A stretch of DNA of 49,221 bases, from positions 1 to 49,221 of the IMG/VR virus record IMGVR_UViG_3300037470_000364. One strand, written 5' to 3'. Below, in pieces: positions 34,834-43,414 of this stretch. Under the pieces are notes generated by a model. It saw only the letters and a program-made list of their open reading frames with translations. It did not search any database and had not been told where the DNA came from. Each line of letters opens with the position of its first letter. Position 1 is the first letter of the stretch. Source of the stretch: a virus. Taxonomy: Duplodnaviria > Caudoviricetes. The position numbers and the translations under genes are program-made.

Positions 34834-35021
34834 TGGTCGTGAAGCTCCCTGTCGTCCCGTTCGGAGCCGTCCGTCTCGCGCAAGTATTTAGTAGGTTGCA
34901 ACTTCGCGTTCACAAGGTTTGCGGCGGCGTGGATTGTGAGCGAGCGGTCTACGGGGATGCCGAGCTTTTCAAACTGCCGCGCCTGCCGGTCGGTCATCGG
35001 TGTGTACCTGTCAGTCTTCAC
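34830..35021 (-). CDS. hypothetical protein
   Basis: MTDRQARQFEKLGI...AAANLV; coupled. Confidence 0.55.
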   Translation of the reverse strand: MKTDRYTPMTDRQARQFEKLGIPVDRSLTIHAAANLVNAKLQPTKYLRETDGSERDDRELHDQ

Positions 35022-35357
35022 CTAACCACCCTCCCTAGGGGCAACCCCGACCGGGCTCCGCAATTCCTTACAATCAAAATCGAGTTCGTCAAGTGCCTGC
35101 TCCGCGATGTGCCGCAAGCCACCGCACACGCCACGGAACCATTCGATTGCTGCCGTCTTTGCCTGCTCGTCTGACCCCTCAAAGGACGACTCGCTCTTTA
35201 TTGGGCCTATCCCGTCCCAGTCCTTGTCGCTGACCTCGAACCACCAACAGTCCCTTTGCGCCCTAGACTCTCGCACAGTAAGTTCCAGAGTAGCGTACAC
35301 CGCATAGAACTCTCGCGGATGAACGACCTTCTGGAGCCTCTGGTTCTCTGCGCTCAT
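35022..35357 (-). CDS. hypothetical protein
   Basis: Abuts neighbours, SD GGAGGG. Confidence 0.6.
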   Translation of the reverse strand: MSAENQRLQKVVHPREFYAVYATLELTVRESRAQRDCWWFEVSDKDWDGIGPIKSESSFEGSDEQAKTAAIEWFRGVCGGLRHIAEQALDELDFDCKELRSPVGVAPREGG

Positions 35358-35531
35358 TCATTCACCCTCCCTAGGGGCGGCGGGCTCAAGGTTGAACAGC
35401 CGTTTTGTGGCAAGCCGAACGTCGTACATTGGTGCGGGCTCGTATGCGGCGAGCGGTTCGTCGCCAGAGAAGGCCCATATCTCGCCTGTCTTGAGGTTGT
35501 GGTATTCAATGATTTCCACGTTATCGCTCAC
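35358..35531 (-). CDS. hypothetical protein
   Basis: GTGA-coupled start MSDNVE. Confidence 0.5.
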   Translation of the reverse strand: MSDNVEIIEYHNLKTGEIWAFSGDEPLAAYEPAPMYDVRLATKRLFNLEPAAPREGE

Positions 35532-35677
35532 CGCTCCACCTCCGAGACCTGGGGGGCGAGCAAAAACCAGTCGTCGGGCTCTGTCCACATGGGGTCTATG
35601 ATGATTGCGCCGCTGCCTGGGAACCACCGCATTGCGTCAATGAACGATCTGTACGCCTCAAACCACAAGCTGGTCAC
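35528..35677 (-). CDS. hypothetical protein
   Basis: GTGA-coupled start MTSLWF. Confidence 0.45.
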   Translation of the reverse strand: MTSLWFEAYRSFIDAMRWFPGSGAIIIDPMWTEPDDWFLLAPQVSEVER

Positions 35678-35898
35678 TCCTTCCCTCCTGTAGAGGGTTG
35701 GGGGCCACGCCTGAGTTCGTTGTAGCGGGCGAGCATCTTGGCTTGCTCTTGCTCGTGGTGGTTCTTCTCGAAAGAGCCCCGCATGGACTCCCTCTTTTCT
35801 GGCGTCCAGTGCTTTTTGCAGAACGCCTGGACGTTTATGCCGTCGCTCGCCATAGCGACAGCCTTTTGTCCACAGAAGCAAATGCGCTCAATCTTCAC
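35674..35898 (-). CDS. small zinc-binding protein
   Basis: CFCG...FCKKH; GTGA-coupled. Confidence 0.55.
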   Translation of the reverse strand: MKIERICFCGQKAVAMASDGINVQAFCKKHWTPEKRESMRGSFEKNHHEQEQAKMLARYNELRRGPQPSTGGKE

Positions 35899-36068
35899 TC
35901 CGTCCCTCCTGTAGGCTGGGCCAAGGCTTCCCTGGCGATTTCCCTCATGTCGTCCACGACCCCCTCTGCCGGGTGTCCGCCCGGATCGTTCAGAATCTTC
36001 TCGAGCGCGGCCCTGAGCCGGACGTTCTCTTGGACAATCCACGAAAGAACGGTGCTGGTTCCGCTCAT
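35895..36068 (-). CDS. hypothetical protein
   Basis: ENVRLRAALEKI...IAREALA common phage motif. Confidence 0.6.
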   Translation of the reverse strand: MSGTSTVLSWIVQENVRLRAALEKILNDPGGHPAEGVVDDMREIAREALAQPTGGTE

Positions 36069-36208
36069 CGGTGGAGCCCCACAAAGACGGAAGACAGTAA
36101 CGAACTCGCCATACACCAAACAAGAGCGAGCGCCCAAAGCACGAAACAGGCCCAGTGCAACACAGCGATCAAGCAAGAGAGCCGGTCAGAAAGCCTCATC
36201 GGTCCCAT
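36065..36208 (-). CDS. small membrane protein
   Basis: 47-aa hydrophobic ORF filling the gap; not in ORF track. Confidence 0.45.
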   Translation of the reverse strand: MGPMRLSDRLSCLIAVLHWACFVLWALALVWCMASSLLSSVFVGLHR

Positions 36209-36210
36209 GC

Positions 36211-36543
36211 CTATATCCTACCCTTGCAGCAGCAGTCGTCGTCGCAGAATCTCGCGCCAGCCCTGACGAAGGACTTGTCGTGCTCCACTTCTGGCGTCCT
36301 TTGCGGAAAGGGCTTGGTCTTGCCTTCGCGGTGCAACTGGCGGGCTTCTTTGGCTTTTTCGACGGCCCGGCTCGGCTCGCCAGAAACGACCACCGCGAGG
36401 TCATTGAGCCGCACCTCCAAATCGGTGTCGCACCTCGCCTCTATCCACGCCGACAGGGACTTGAACCCCTCCCTCTTGGACGTTTCGAGCCACGCCGCCT
36501 TCTTCTCTGGGGAGAGACGGAGCTGATACACGGCGGTCTTCAC
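36211..36543 (-). CDS. ribbon-helix-helix-like regulator
   Basis: YQLRLSPEKKAAWLETSKREGFKSLSAWI; GTGA-coupled. Confidence 0.65.
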   Translation of the reverse strand: MKTAVYQLRLSPEKKAAWLETSKREGFKSLSAWIEARCDTDLEVRLNDLAVVVSGEPSRAVEKAKEARQLHREGKTKPFPQRTPEVEHDKSFVRAGARFCDDDCCCKGRI

Positions 36544-36995
36544 AAAACCCTCAAAAGCGTGGCGGGTTCGACCCCACTCCATCTGCGCTCCTTGAAAATC
36601 TGCTGAATGAGGGTTGCGCTGACCCCGTAAACTTTGGCTGTTTTGCCTTGTGAACGCCCGGAATTGAGCATAGCCCGAACGATGGCGGCTTTGCCGACCG
36701 TAAGTTTGCATCCGGCGTGGTTGCGGTTCTGCTCGGTCACCGTCGCCCAGCGACAGTTTGACGGGGAGTACCCTTCGGTGCCGTCAATCCGCTCTATCGA
36801 ATGGGCAGGCGTAGGCTTCGGCCCCATGTCCTCGACCCAGTTCCAGAAACCACCGGGATTTTCGAGCCAGCGGTCGCAGACGGTGACCCCTTTCGCGCCG
36901 TAGTTCTTGTAGCTCTTGTTCTGTCGCCGCCCGCATCGGTAGCGCATTTCCCTCCACGTCGAATACATCGGGTGATTCTTGGCCTTTGCGGGCAT
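36540..36995 (-). CDS. HNH homing-endonuclease-like protein
   Basis: YSTWREMRYRC...YKNYGAKGVTVCDRW...MGPKP..HSIERID...YSPSNCRWAT. Confidence 0.85.
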   Translation of the reverse strand: MPAKAKNHPMYSTWREMRYRCGRRQNKSYKNYGAKGVTVCDRWLENPGGFWNWVEDMGPKPTPAHSIERIDGTEGYSPSNCRWATVTEQNRNHAGCKLTVGKAAIVRAMLNSGRSQGKTAKVYGVSATLIQQIFKERRWSGVEPATLLRVL

Positions 36996-37001
36996 ACGAA
37001 A

Positions 37002-37031
37002 ACGATACCGCAGGTGCAATTACAAAGTCAA
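37002..37031 (-). promoter_or_regulatory. sigma70-type promoter, leaderless, for the HNH gene
   Basis: TTGACT-18 bp-TATCGT, 6 nt before ATG 36995. Confidence 0.55.
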
Positions 37032-37219
37032 GGCTCTCCATGCGTGTCATTACACGGAATCGCAAAAAACAGGGCTCTGTGTGCGACTGACCACCAGTAG
37101 GCCCCGATCCCCGCCGACCGACCCCACCCCCCCTCGCCTTTCGTGCCGCGCGCTTCCACCCTCGCTCGCTACCCCTGTCCAGCTACCCCCGAGGGCTCAG
37201 AGGCCAGTTACAGGGCATC

Positions 37220-37861
37220 CTAGGCCAATCTAGCGTCCATGAGCTTGAGCACCTGGGTCACCAGCTCTGCCGGTACGCCTGACTCCTCCATGCACTCACG
37301 TGTAGCCTGAACCCATTCAGGCCGCTCTACTACGTTCGTGACCTTCGTGCCAGGGCCTATACTGGTCAGCGTGGCGGCTAGCTTGGCTACCTGGTTCAAC
37401 GCCGCTAGGCCGGTATGGACGTTCCCAGACCCCTCTAGCTCTAGCTTCGCCCTAGTGACTACCTGGGTGAGCAGGCTACCGATCTCCTCTATCTGCCCCT
37501 CTAGGGCGTCCGTGGCCTTCCGTCTGAGCCTGTCGGGGGTACGACCGGCGTTCGGGTTCGTGTCGCCTAGCCGGTTCGCTGGAGCCAATAGCCCACCGTT
37601 GCGCCCAGGTATGGCCGGGACTGTAATACCCCTGGAATTTACGAGCGTGGGGCCTGGGGAACCCTTCACAGGCCAGTCATCCTTGCGCCCATCCTTGCCC
37701 TCTGACTCGGTGCCCTTCGCCGTATTGCCCTGAACCGCCTCCGGGCCTTCCTTCGCACCCTGGACGTTCTCGGCCTTTGAGGATCGGTCTGCTTCGAGCG
37801 AGCTTGAGTCTGTGAGCGTGTTCTCCATAACTGGTATATTTACCGGTACACCTTTCGGCAT
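37220..37861 (-). CDS. candidate terminase small subunit
   Basis: GDTNPNAGRTP followed by helices, upstream of TerL on the same strand; start uncertain. Confidence 0.5.
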   Translation of the reverse strand: MPKGVPVNIPVMENTLTDSSSLEADRSSKAENVQGAKEGPEAVQGNTAKGTESEGKDGRKDDWPVKGSPGPTLVNSRGITVPAIPGRNGGLLAPANRLGDTNPNAGRTPDRLRRKATDALEGQIEEIGSLLTQVVTRAKLELEGSGNVHTGLAALNQVAKLAATLTSIGPGTKVTNVVERPEWVQATRECMEESGVPAELVTQVLKLMDARLA

Positions 37862-37885
37862 ACCTGACGTATCATGTTCTAGAGG

Positions 37886-38059
37886 ATGAATCAAATGACG
37901 ACGAACCGCTACGAACTAGACCCGAAGACCATGACCCGCCCGTACTCCCTGTACCGGAAGGTGCAGTACCTTCTGTGGGCGATCAACCCGTTTAGCACCT
38001 ACGAGCAGATCAAAGGGCTTATCGAGCGTTGCGACCGCCACGAGGGCATAGTCCGATGA
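37886..38059 (+). CDS. hypothetical protein (first gene of inverted island)
   Basis: ATGA-coupled to the next gene; not in ORF track. Confidence 0.5.
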   Translation: MNQMTTNRYELDPKTMTRPYSLYRKVQYLLWAINPFSTYEQIKGLIERCDRHEGIVR

Positions 38060-38493
38060 CCCACACCGAGATACTAGAACCTACCGCAGCGTACTTCACC
38101 GACAAGGCAAAGGCGCTTGCACGGCACTATTCCGAGGGCGGGACGCTCTACAAGCGCAAGGACTCGGCCCCTAAGTCCGTCAAGCCTTGGGCCAACGGCA
38201 CAATCCCCGAGTCCCGCGCCGACTGGTACGAGCCGTTCATGGTCAACGGCGGTATGCCGGTCTGGACGCTCGTCCTCAATATGTTCTCAGACCTTACTGG
38301 CTACGGCACGGGCAAAGGCTGGCACCGCCGGTTTTCTTTCCACGCCCGCAACCAAGAGGCCGCCGAGACCCTGGCCCGCTCATGGGCTCGCTATCAAGGC
38401 TTCGGCCCCAACGAGGTAGCGGTCTCCATTGCTACACCCGACGAGATTCAAGGCGGACTGTCTAACGAGTTCGTGGAGGCGTTCAGACCATGA
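38056..38493 (+). CDS. hypothetical protein
   Basis: ATGA-coupled at both ends. Confidence 0.6.
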   Translation: MTHTEILEPTAAYFTDKAKALARHYSEGGTLYKRKDSAPKSVKPWANGTIPESRADWYEPFMVNGGMPVWTLVLNMFSDLTGYGTGKGWHRRFSFHARNQEAAETLARSWARYQGFGPNEVAVSIATPDEIQGGLSNEFVEAFRP

Positions 38494-38735
38494 ATACCGA
38501 ATGGATCATCGAAAACCTTGTCAACCCACACGACCCAGGACTTAGCGCAAGCCGAACCGCTGAATACTGCCGGGTGAAACGGGCCTGGAACCTCGTCAAG
38601 GGCCATGTTCCAAACTGGATCATAGCCCCACGCATTCGCGCAGCCAAGGCCGAAACGTTCGACGACCTGCGGCAGGCCGTCCGCGACTGCGGAGACGCCT
38701 ACGAGCGTAAAATGGCGCAAGTTAGGAACAAATGA
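38490..38735 (+). CDS. hypothetical protein
   Basis: SD GGAGG, coupled. Confidence 0.6.
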   Translation: MNTEWIIENLVNPHDPGLSASRTAEYCRVKRAWNLVKGHVPNWIIAPRIRAAKAETFDDLRQAVRDCGDAYERKMAQVRNK

Positions 38736-38929
38736 GCCTACACCTCAAATGCCACAAATGCAGCGCGGAAGCGACGTTCGCAGACTCCCCGCCAGAGTCG
38801 GCGTATAACGCAGGCTGGCGGGTCAAGACGTTTCACCCGCTTCGCTACCTGTGCCCGTACCATGCACAAGCCCAACTGCGGCGAATGATGCGCATGGCGA
38901 ACGCAAAACGGGAGGCCAACGAAAAATGA
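38732..38929 (+). CDS. small zinc-binding protein
   Basis: CHKC...AGW...LCPYH. Confidence 0.6.
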   Translation: MSLHLKCHKCSAEATFADSPPESAYNAGWRVKTFHPLRYLCPYHAQAQLRRMMRMANAKREANEK

Positions 38930-39498
38930 ACGAAACCAAGAGCATGAACTGTTCGGTTTGCGGCTTGGAAAACCCAGCCGACTACACCCAGGAGCCAGAC
39001 GGTACGATTCTATGCCGGGACTGCGAACTCGGCGCGGATATGCCGGAATCCGAGGAACTCAAGTACCAACCCTGGATAGCCGAGGGAATCACAGAGGCGG
39101 ACTACTGGCGCAAACGCTACCTTGAACTCCAGCAGGACACGCACCGTTTGTACGAGACGCTTGGGCTGAAGTCTGTCCCTGGGGAGCAAGCAGACGAAGC
39201 CACGGAAACGAGATACCCGTACATCCGCCCATCCCCTCAAGGGGAGCCAGTAGAAAAGATCGGCGCAAGCGGCTTTCCTCTAAATAAGCGCGAACTGTTC
39301 GCGGCTATGGCGATGCAGGGGATTTGCTCTATGGCCGATGAAAGGACACCGCCAGCGAAAATCATCCACGACCCAGAGGCAACCGCCACATGGCTGAGGG
39401 AGCGACAACTAGATGACGGCTACTGCGCCGTTGCGATGGCCGACGCCCTTCTCGCAGCCCTCTCAGACGGGGAGCTAGCGAACGAGCCCAACCAATGA
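38926..39498 (+). CDS. phage protein with Zn ribbon and FAAMAMQG...ADALL module
   Basis: CSVC..CRDC plus LNKRELFAAMAMQG...AMADALLAAL. Confidence 0.65.
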   Translation: MNETKSMNCSVCGLENPADYTQEPDGTILCRDCELGADMPESEELKYQPWIAEGITEADYWRKRYLELQQDTHRLYETLGLKSVPGEQADEATETRYPYIRPSPQGEPVEKIGASGFPLNKRELFAAMAMQGICSMADERTPPAKIIHDPEATATWLRERQLDDGYCAVAMADALLAALSDGELANEPNQ

Positions 39499-39707
39499 TA
39501 CAGCTACGGTGCCCGCGCTGCAATCTTACGATGGACACCCCGCGAGAGGCATACGACCCCGAAACTGCAACGGTAGCCGAAACCCTGTGCCCCGAGTGCA
39601 TAGACGCAACACTGGCGCACGAACCTGGAACGGACTACTTCGACGCCAACGGCGATGAGGTGGACTGGTTCACGCCTACCGAGGAACTGGAACAATACAA
39701 TGAGTAA
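39495..39707 (+). CDS. small zinc-ribbon protein
   Basis: CPRC...CPEC. Confidence 0.6.
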   Translation: MIQLRCPRCNLTMDTPREAYDPETATVAETLCPECIDATLAHEPGTDYFDANGDEVDWFTPTEELEQYNE

Positions 39708-40038
39708 AACCGCAGGACTAGAACAATGGGTACGCAACGAGATTGCGTACGCTTTGCGCCTAAACCCACCCGGCTCCGAGTTTTACAACTACGGAAACGT
39801 CGCCAAGTGGCAAGCAATAGCCGACGCCCTCGGGCACGGTGACAAACAGCAAGCCAGAATTGCTGACTTGGAGAGCGCACTAGAGGCAATCGAGTTCGCT
39901 ACCCGCCCTGACTCGGGTTCGTTCTGGCTGTTGCGAAGCTGGCTCAAGGACCGCGACATTTACGGCGACGACGTAAGCGAAGAACACGTCTTCAATCTCG
40001 TCGCCAGGTCACTAATCACACCCAGGGTGGAACCGTGA
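39700..40038 (+). CDS. hypothetical protein
   Basis: Overlapping ATG start. Confidence 0.55.
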   Translation: MSKTAGLEQWVRNEIAYALRLNPPGSEFYNYGNVAKWQAIADALGHGDKQQARIADLESALEAIEFATRPDSGSFWLLRSWLKDRDIYGDDVSEEHVFNLVARSLITPRVEP

Positions 40039-40214
40039 AGCGCGGTCGGTGGGCAGTCAAGAAAACGACGTGCTTCGGCGGTTGCTCGTGGTCGGTGTAC
40101 CCACGGTTCGCGGCGTTCGCGCTCGACCTGCTGCCCAACGTCAGGTTCGCCGAGAACTCCTGGCGCGGGGACAATCACTGTCTAGCCTTGTCAGGGTTCT
40201 TAGAGACCCAGTAG
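40035..40214 (+). CDS. hypothetical protein
   Basis: GTGA-coupled 59-aa ORF; not in ORF track. Confidence 0.35.
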   Translation: MKRGRWAVKKTTCFGGCSWSVYPRFAAFALDLLPNVRFAENSWRGDNHCLALSGFLETQ

Positions 40215-40288
40215 CCCTTCCGACCTTTGCACCTGCCAACTTGTTCGGTCTCTGAACGAGGCGGCAGAGTGGAGAGCAAGGAACACAA

Positions 40289-40699
40289 ATGAGCACACCT
40301 AAGAAAAGACTGGGTTTCAAATCCCACAGCAAACGAAACGAGGCCCGCAACTATATGGCGCAAGAGTTCGCCATCGAGCAGGCCGACCGCAAAACGAAAA
40401 CTGAAAACAAGGCACTAGCCACGAACGAACCCGGCGAATGGCGTGGCGTCGAGCTACACATTCCTAATCAGGCTTCGCGCTGGACAGTCACACGCCGACC
40501 GTTCGGGGGCGATCCCAACTTCTGCATCTGCAACACCCAAGACGAGGCCGATAGGGTCTCCGCGATCCTGAACTCCCACGACGCGCTGGTATCTGCGCTC
40601 AGGGAATGTCGCGCCGCGCTTGAAAATGCCAACAATGACCCGCTGCTTGCAGTCAAGCAGGCCGACGCCGCGCTCAAGGCCGCAGGAGTGGAACTGTGA
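40289..40699 (+). CDS. hypothetical phage protein
   Basis: ILNSHDALVSAL...ADAALKAA motif. Confidence 0.65.
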   Translation: MSTPKKRLGFKSHSKRNEARNYMAQEFAIEQADRKTKTENKALATNEPGEWRGVELHIPNQASRWTVTRRPFGGDPNFCICNTQDEADRVSAILNSHDALVSALRECRAALENANNDPLLAVKQADAALKAAGVEL

Positions 40700-40866
40700 A
40701 CGAACTAATCGAAAAACTCAAGACTGCGAAGGCGAACGTCCTGTGGCTGCTCGATCACAAGTCCGGCCTAGTGGATATGCACGGCCTGTCCTACTGGGCC
40801 GGGGAAGTCGAACGGCTCCGAGACGAGATTGAGGACGCGACCGAGGCCGTAGGAGTGGAACTGTGA
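40696..40866 (+). CDS. hypothetical protein (56 aa)
   Basis: GTGA-coupled at both ends; not in ORF track. Confidence 0.55.
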   Translation: MNELIEKLKTAKANVLWLLDHKSGLVDMHGLSYWAGEVERLRDEIEDATEAVGVEL

Positions 40867-41096
40867 GACGATCCGCCTATAACCGGCGCGTCGAGACTAT
40901 CAGGGCGCAGGCCCATGTCCTTGTTGAGGCTATCGGAGAGCTTGAGCAGGACGCCCGCGACTACTACGACGAACGAAGCGAAAAGTGGCAGGACTCGGAC
41001 AAGGGCGCTGCCTTTGACGACTTCCTGAGCGACGTTGAGTCCGCGCAAGATGAGATCGCAACTGCGATAGACTCGCTACCGGAGTACCCCGAGTGA
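40863..41096 (+). CDS. conserved acidic phage protein
   Basis: YYDERSEKWQDSDKG motif. Confidence 0.7.
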   Translation: MRRSAYNRRVETIRAQAHVLVEAIGELEQDARDYYDERSEKWQDSDKGAAFDDFLSDVESAQDEIATAIDSLPEYPE

Positions 41097-41269
41097 GCCC
41101 CTACATCTCAACAAAGGACACCGCCCTCTACCTGAACGTCTCCAAGTCACGAGTGAGGCACTTGGAGCGGGACGGGAAGATCAAGCGGCCAAAAGACGTC
41201 CCGAGGGGCTACTTTGACCGCAAGAGCGTCGAGGCGTACAGGCTGAAACGAGACGGCCCTGGCAAGTAG
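41093..41269 (+). CDS. small HTH (excisionase/MerR-like) protein
   Basis: YISTKDTALYLNVSKSRVRHLERDGKI...FDRKSVEAY; not in ORF track. Confidence 0.75.
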   Translation: MSPYISTKDTALYLNVSKSRVRHLERDGKIKRPKDVPRGYFDRKSVEAYRLKRDGPGK

Positions 41270-41276
41270 CCGGGGC

Positions 41277-41489
41277 CTACCTTCCCTTCATGGCCTTCTC
41301 GATCTGCAAGCAGTCGTTTGACTCTTGAACCTCAAGCCAAGCGTCGAGCCGTCTTACGATCTCGCCCCGAGACAAGACGACGTGCTCTTGTAAACGTTCG
41401 CCGTCCCCACAGACCACCACGTACCCACCGATCTTAGCCTGTACGGTGAAGTCCCCGCCCGTTCCGTAGGCCGATTCGTGCGCGTCCAC
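41277..41489 (-). CDS. hypothetical protein
   Basis: Coupled to the upstream ORF. Confidence 0.5.
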   Translation of the reverse strand: MDAHESAYGTGGDFTVQAKIGGYVVVCGDGERLQEHVVLSRGEIVRRLDAWLEVQESNDCLQIEKAMKGR

Positions 41490-41776
41490 TAGACCCTCCC
41501 GTCACTGGGGTTGAGCGACCACCGGATGCCTACCCACTTGCCGCCGACCTTCTTGACCGACTGCTTGTTCACTTCCATGCACAGTTCGTTGGCTAGCGCG
41601 ACCTTCTCTTCGCTCATCGTGAGCGGGTCTACCTCGAACGCCGTGCCGTGGTTGTCGCCGTCGTCCTTTGCGGTCGGCTGGCGGTCAATGAAGTTCGCGT
41701 CGTCGTGTCCGGAGAACCCGTCCCCGAACGTCGGCTTGCTGTACTCGATCTTGAATGAGAACGTAATGTCTGCCAT
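41489..41776 (-). CDS. hypothetical protein
   Basis: Start MADITF after AGGA. Confidence 0.55.
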   Translation of the reverse strand: MADITFSFKIEYSKPTFGDGFSGHDDANFIDRQPTAKDDGDNHGTAFEVDPLTMSEEKVALANELCMEVNKQSVKKVGGKWVGIRWSLNPSDGRV

Positions 41777-41784
41777 GTTCTTTC

Positions 41785-42009
41785 CTACGGTAGCGCCTCG
41801 ATGCCTGTCCCGAGCCCCAGCCCGCTCATCCCGCCGATGAACCACATTGGGACCGCCAAGCCCCATTTGAATGCCTGCGGCTTTTCTCCCGCTTCGATGG
41901 CCTTGTACCGCGCTTGGAAGTAGGTGTAGGCGTCCTTCGCTATCGTGATGGACAGCCCAGCGATCGTCAGTTGCGCCTTCAGGGGTATCGAGTTCCAGAG
42001 TTCTAGCAT
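41785..42009 (-). CDS. holin-like membrane protein
   Basis: Two hydrophobic segments, SD AGGAGG, near the endolysin. Confidence 0.55.
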   Translation of the reverse strand: MLELWNSIPLKAQLTIAGLSITIAKDAYTYFQARYKAIEAGEKPQAFKWGLAVPMWFIGGMSGLGLGTGIEALP

Positions 42010-42038
42010 TCGCCTCCTATGACAATGGCTTGGGCGGC

Positions 42039-42296
42039 CTACTCCAACTGGTCAAGCGACATTTCGAGCCGTCGCTCGCCTGGGCTTCGCGCACGATCCG
42101 AGTTGCCGTGATAGCGTCGTGAGTTCCATCGGCACACTCGACAAGAACAGTTATGGGCCGCTTCCGCCCAACGCTCAAGCCATACCCGATCAGCTTCAGT
42201 CGTCCGGCTAAAGTCAAACCGTCCGCCTCCACTACGGCGCTTTCGTGACAGTCGAAGTACATTGTTCCGCTCTAGTTTCGTCTTCGGGTGTGGCAT
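42039..42296 (-). CDS. small basic Cys-motif phage protein
   Basis: CSCRVCRWNSRR motif. Confidence 0.5.
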   Translation of the reverse strand: MPHPKTKLERNNVLRLSRKRRSGGGRFDFSRTTEADRVWLERWAEAAHNCSCRVCRWNSRRYHGNSDRARSPGERRLEMSLDQLE

Positions 42297-42335
42297 TTCA
42301 AAAGGCAGGCCGCCCTACTTGAGAGCGGCCCGTTC
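42297..42335 (-). terminator. terminator-like hairpin after lysis genes
   Basis: GGGCCGCTCT-CAAGT-AGGGCGGCCT then GCCTTTT. Confidence 0.45.
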
Positions 42336-42356
42336 GTTGGAGGGACCTAAAAACCG

Positions 42357-42575
42357 TCATCTGCTGGAGAACCTGTCCCGCCCGTCCTCTATCGCCCGCT
42401 TGATCCACTCCAGGTCAGTCTTGATCTCGGCCAGTATCTCCGGCACCTGCTCGACCTTCTTGACCTTCAGCTCAAGCTCAACGAGCTTCTGGTTCCGCAT
42501 CCCCGCCGAGAACACCACCGCAATCGTGGGGACCAGGGCCGCCAGTATCAAGTGCCAAAGCTCGACCTGTATCAA
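42357..42575 (-). CDS. holin-like / membrane-anchored coiled-coil protein
   Basis: N-terminal TM then LAEIKTDLEWIK; coupled to the endolysin. Confidence 0.6.
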   Translation of the reverse strand: MIQVELWHLILAALVPTIAVVFSAGMRNQKLVELELKVKKVEQVPEILAEIKTDLEWIKRAIEDGRDRFSSR

Positions 42576-43111
42576 AGCCCCCTCAAATCTATAAATCCCG
42601 ACTCGAAGTTCATGTCCAGAGCGTTCTTGCGCCGGTCCTTGTAGTACACGCCGTCGCCCTCCCGACCGCCGTTCGCGTTAGTGTTGCCCTCGATCGTTTC
42701 CACCCACTCCGGCCATGACGCCGTGTTCCTCACGAAACCGATGTGGCCCGTGCCGTTGGCCGAGAGCCAGTAGAACAGGTGCCCCCTCTTCGGGGCGTCT
42801 TTCAAGCGACCGCCCGCCTTGGCCCACAACACCCACTCCCTCACGCTCGCGCCCTTCCACTTGTTCGGGAGCTTCTTCCTGTCCGCCCCCGCCTTGTCGA
42901 GGCAGTGGAAGGTAAAAGCCGCACACCATGCGTAGCCGGGGCCGAGGCCGACCTTGGAAAGGAACAGCGCGGGCCAGAACCCCGTGTTGCCCCTTCTTTC
43001 CTTCACCTTGGCGACCGCGTACACCGAGGCCCAGTGCAAGGCCCGCTCCCACGCGGGCATGGCCTCGTACTTCTCCTTGGTGAGCCAACTGACGCTTGAA
43101 AAGTCCTTCAC
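42572..43111 (-). CDS. CHAP-domain endolysin
   Basis: AWCAAF, GHIGFV and TIEGNT motifs. Confidence 0.88.
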   Translation of the reverse strand: MKDFSSVSWLTKEKYEAMPAWERALHWASVYAVAKVKERRGNTGFWPALFLSKVGLGPGYAWCAAFTFHCLDKAGADRKKLPNKWKGASVREWVLWAKAGGRLKDAPKRGHLFYWLSANGTGHIGFVRNTASWPEWVETIEGNTNANGGREGDGVYYKDRRKNALDMNFESGFIDLRGL

Positions 43112-43200
43112 TTCCTCCACCGTTTCGCTATCTCGATGCCGAGCAGGATTCCGAGCATGAGCAAAAAATAGCCCAGCCAGTACCCAGCGACGCCGGACAA
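43108..43200 (-). CDS. 30-aa membrane peptide
   Basis: MSGVAGYWLGYFLLMLGILLGIEIAKRWRK; stop overlaps the endolysin start; not in ORF track. Confidence 0.55.
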   Translation of the reverse strand: MSGVAGYWLGYFLLMLGILLGIEIAKRWRK

Positions 43201-43201
43201 C

Positions 43202-43414
43202 TCATTCCTTGTTCCTGGCCGCCTCGATCTCTGCGACCACGGCCTCCAGGTAAGAACAGGTCTGCTTCACCGTCATGCACGACTTCTTCCGGTAAGTCAC
43301 GCCGTCCACGTCCTCAGTCCTGAACGGGACGCCGACCGCGTAGCCGTCCTCCATGACCTCGACCTGCAACGGCTCATAGTCCTCGAACCCTTCAGGAAGA
43401 AGCCTTTTCCCCAT
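43202..43414 (-). CDS. hypothetical protein
   Basis: Start MGKRLL overlapping the phosphoesterase end. Confidence 0.55.
   Translation of the reverse strand: MGKRLLPEGFEDYEPLQVEVMEDGYAVGVPFRTEDVDGVTYRKKSCMTVKQTCSYLEAVVAEIEAARNKE

Noticed and set aside
36559-36581. GGTTCGA T-loop-like sequence
   Set aside because: Inside the HNH CDS with no cloverleaf upstream
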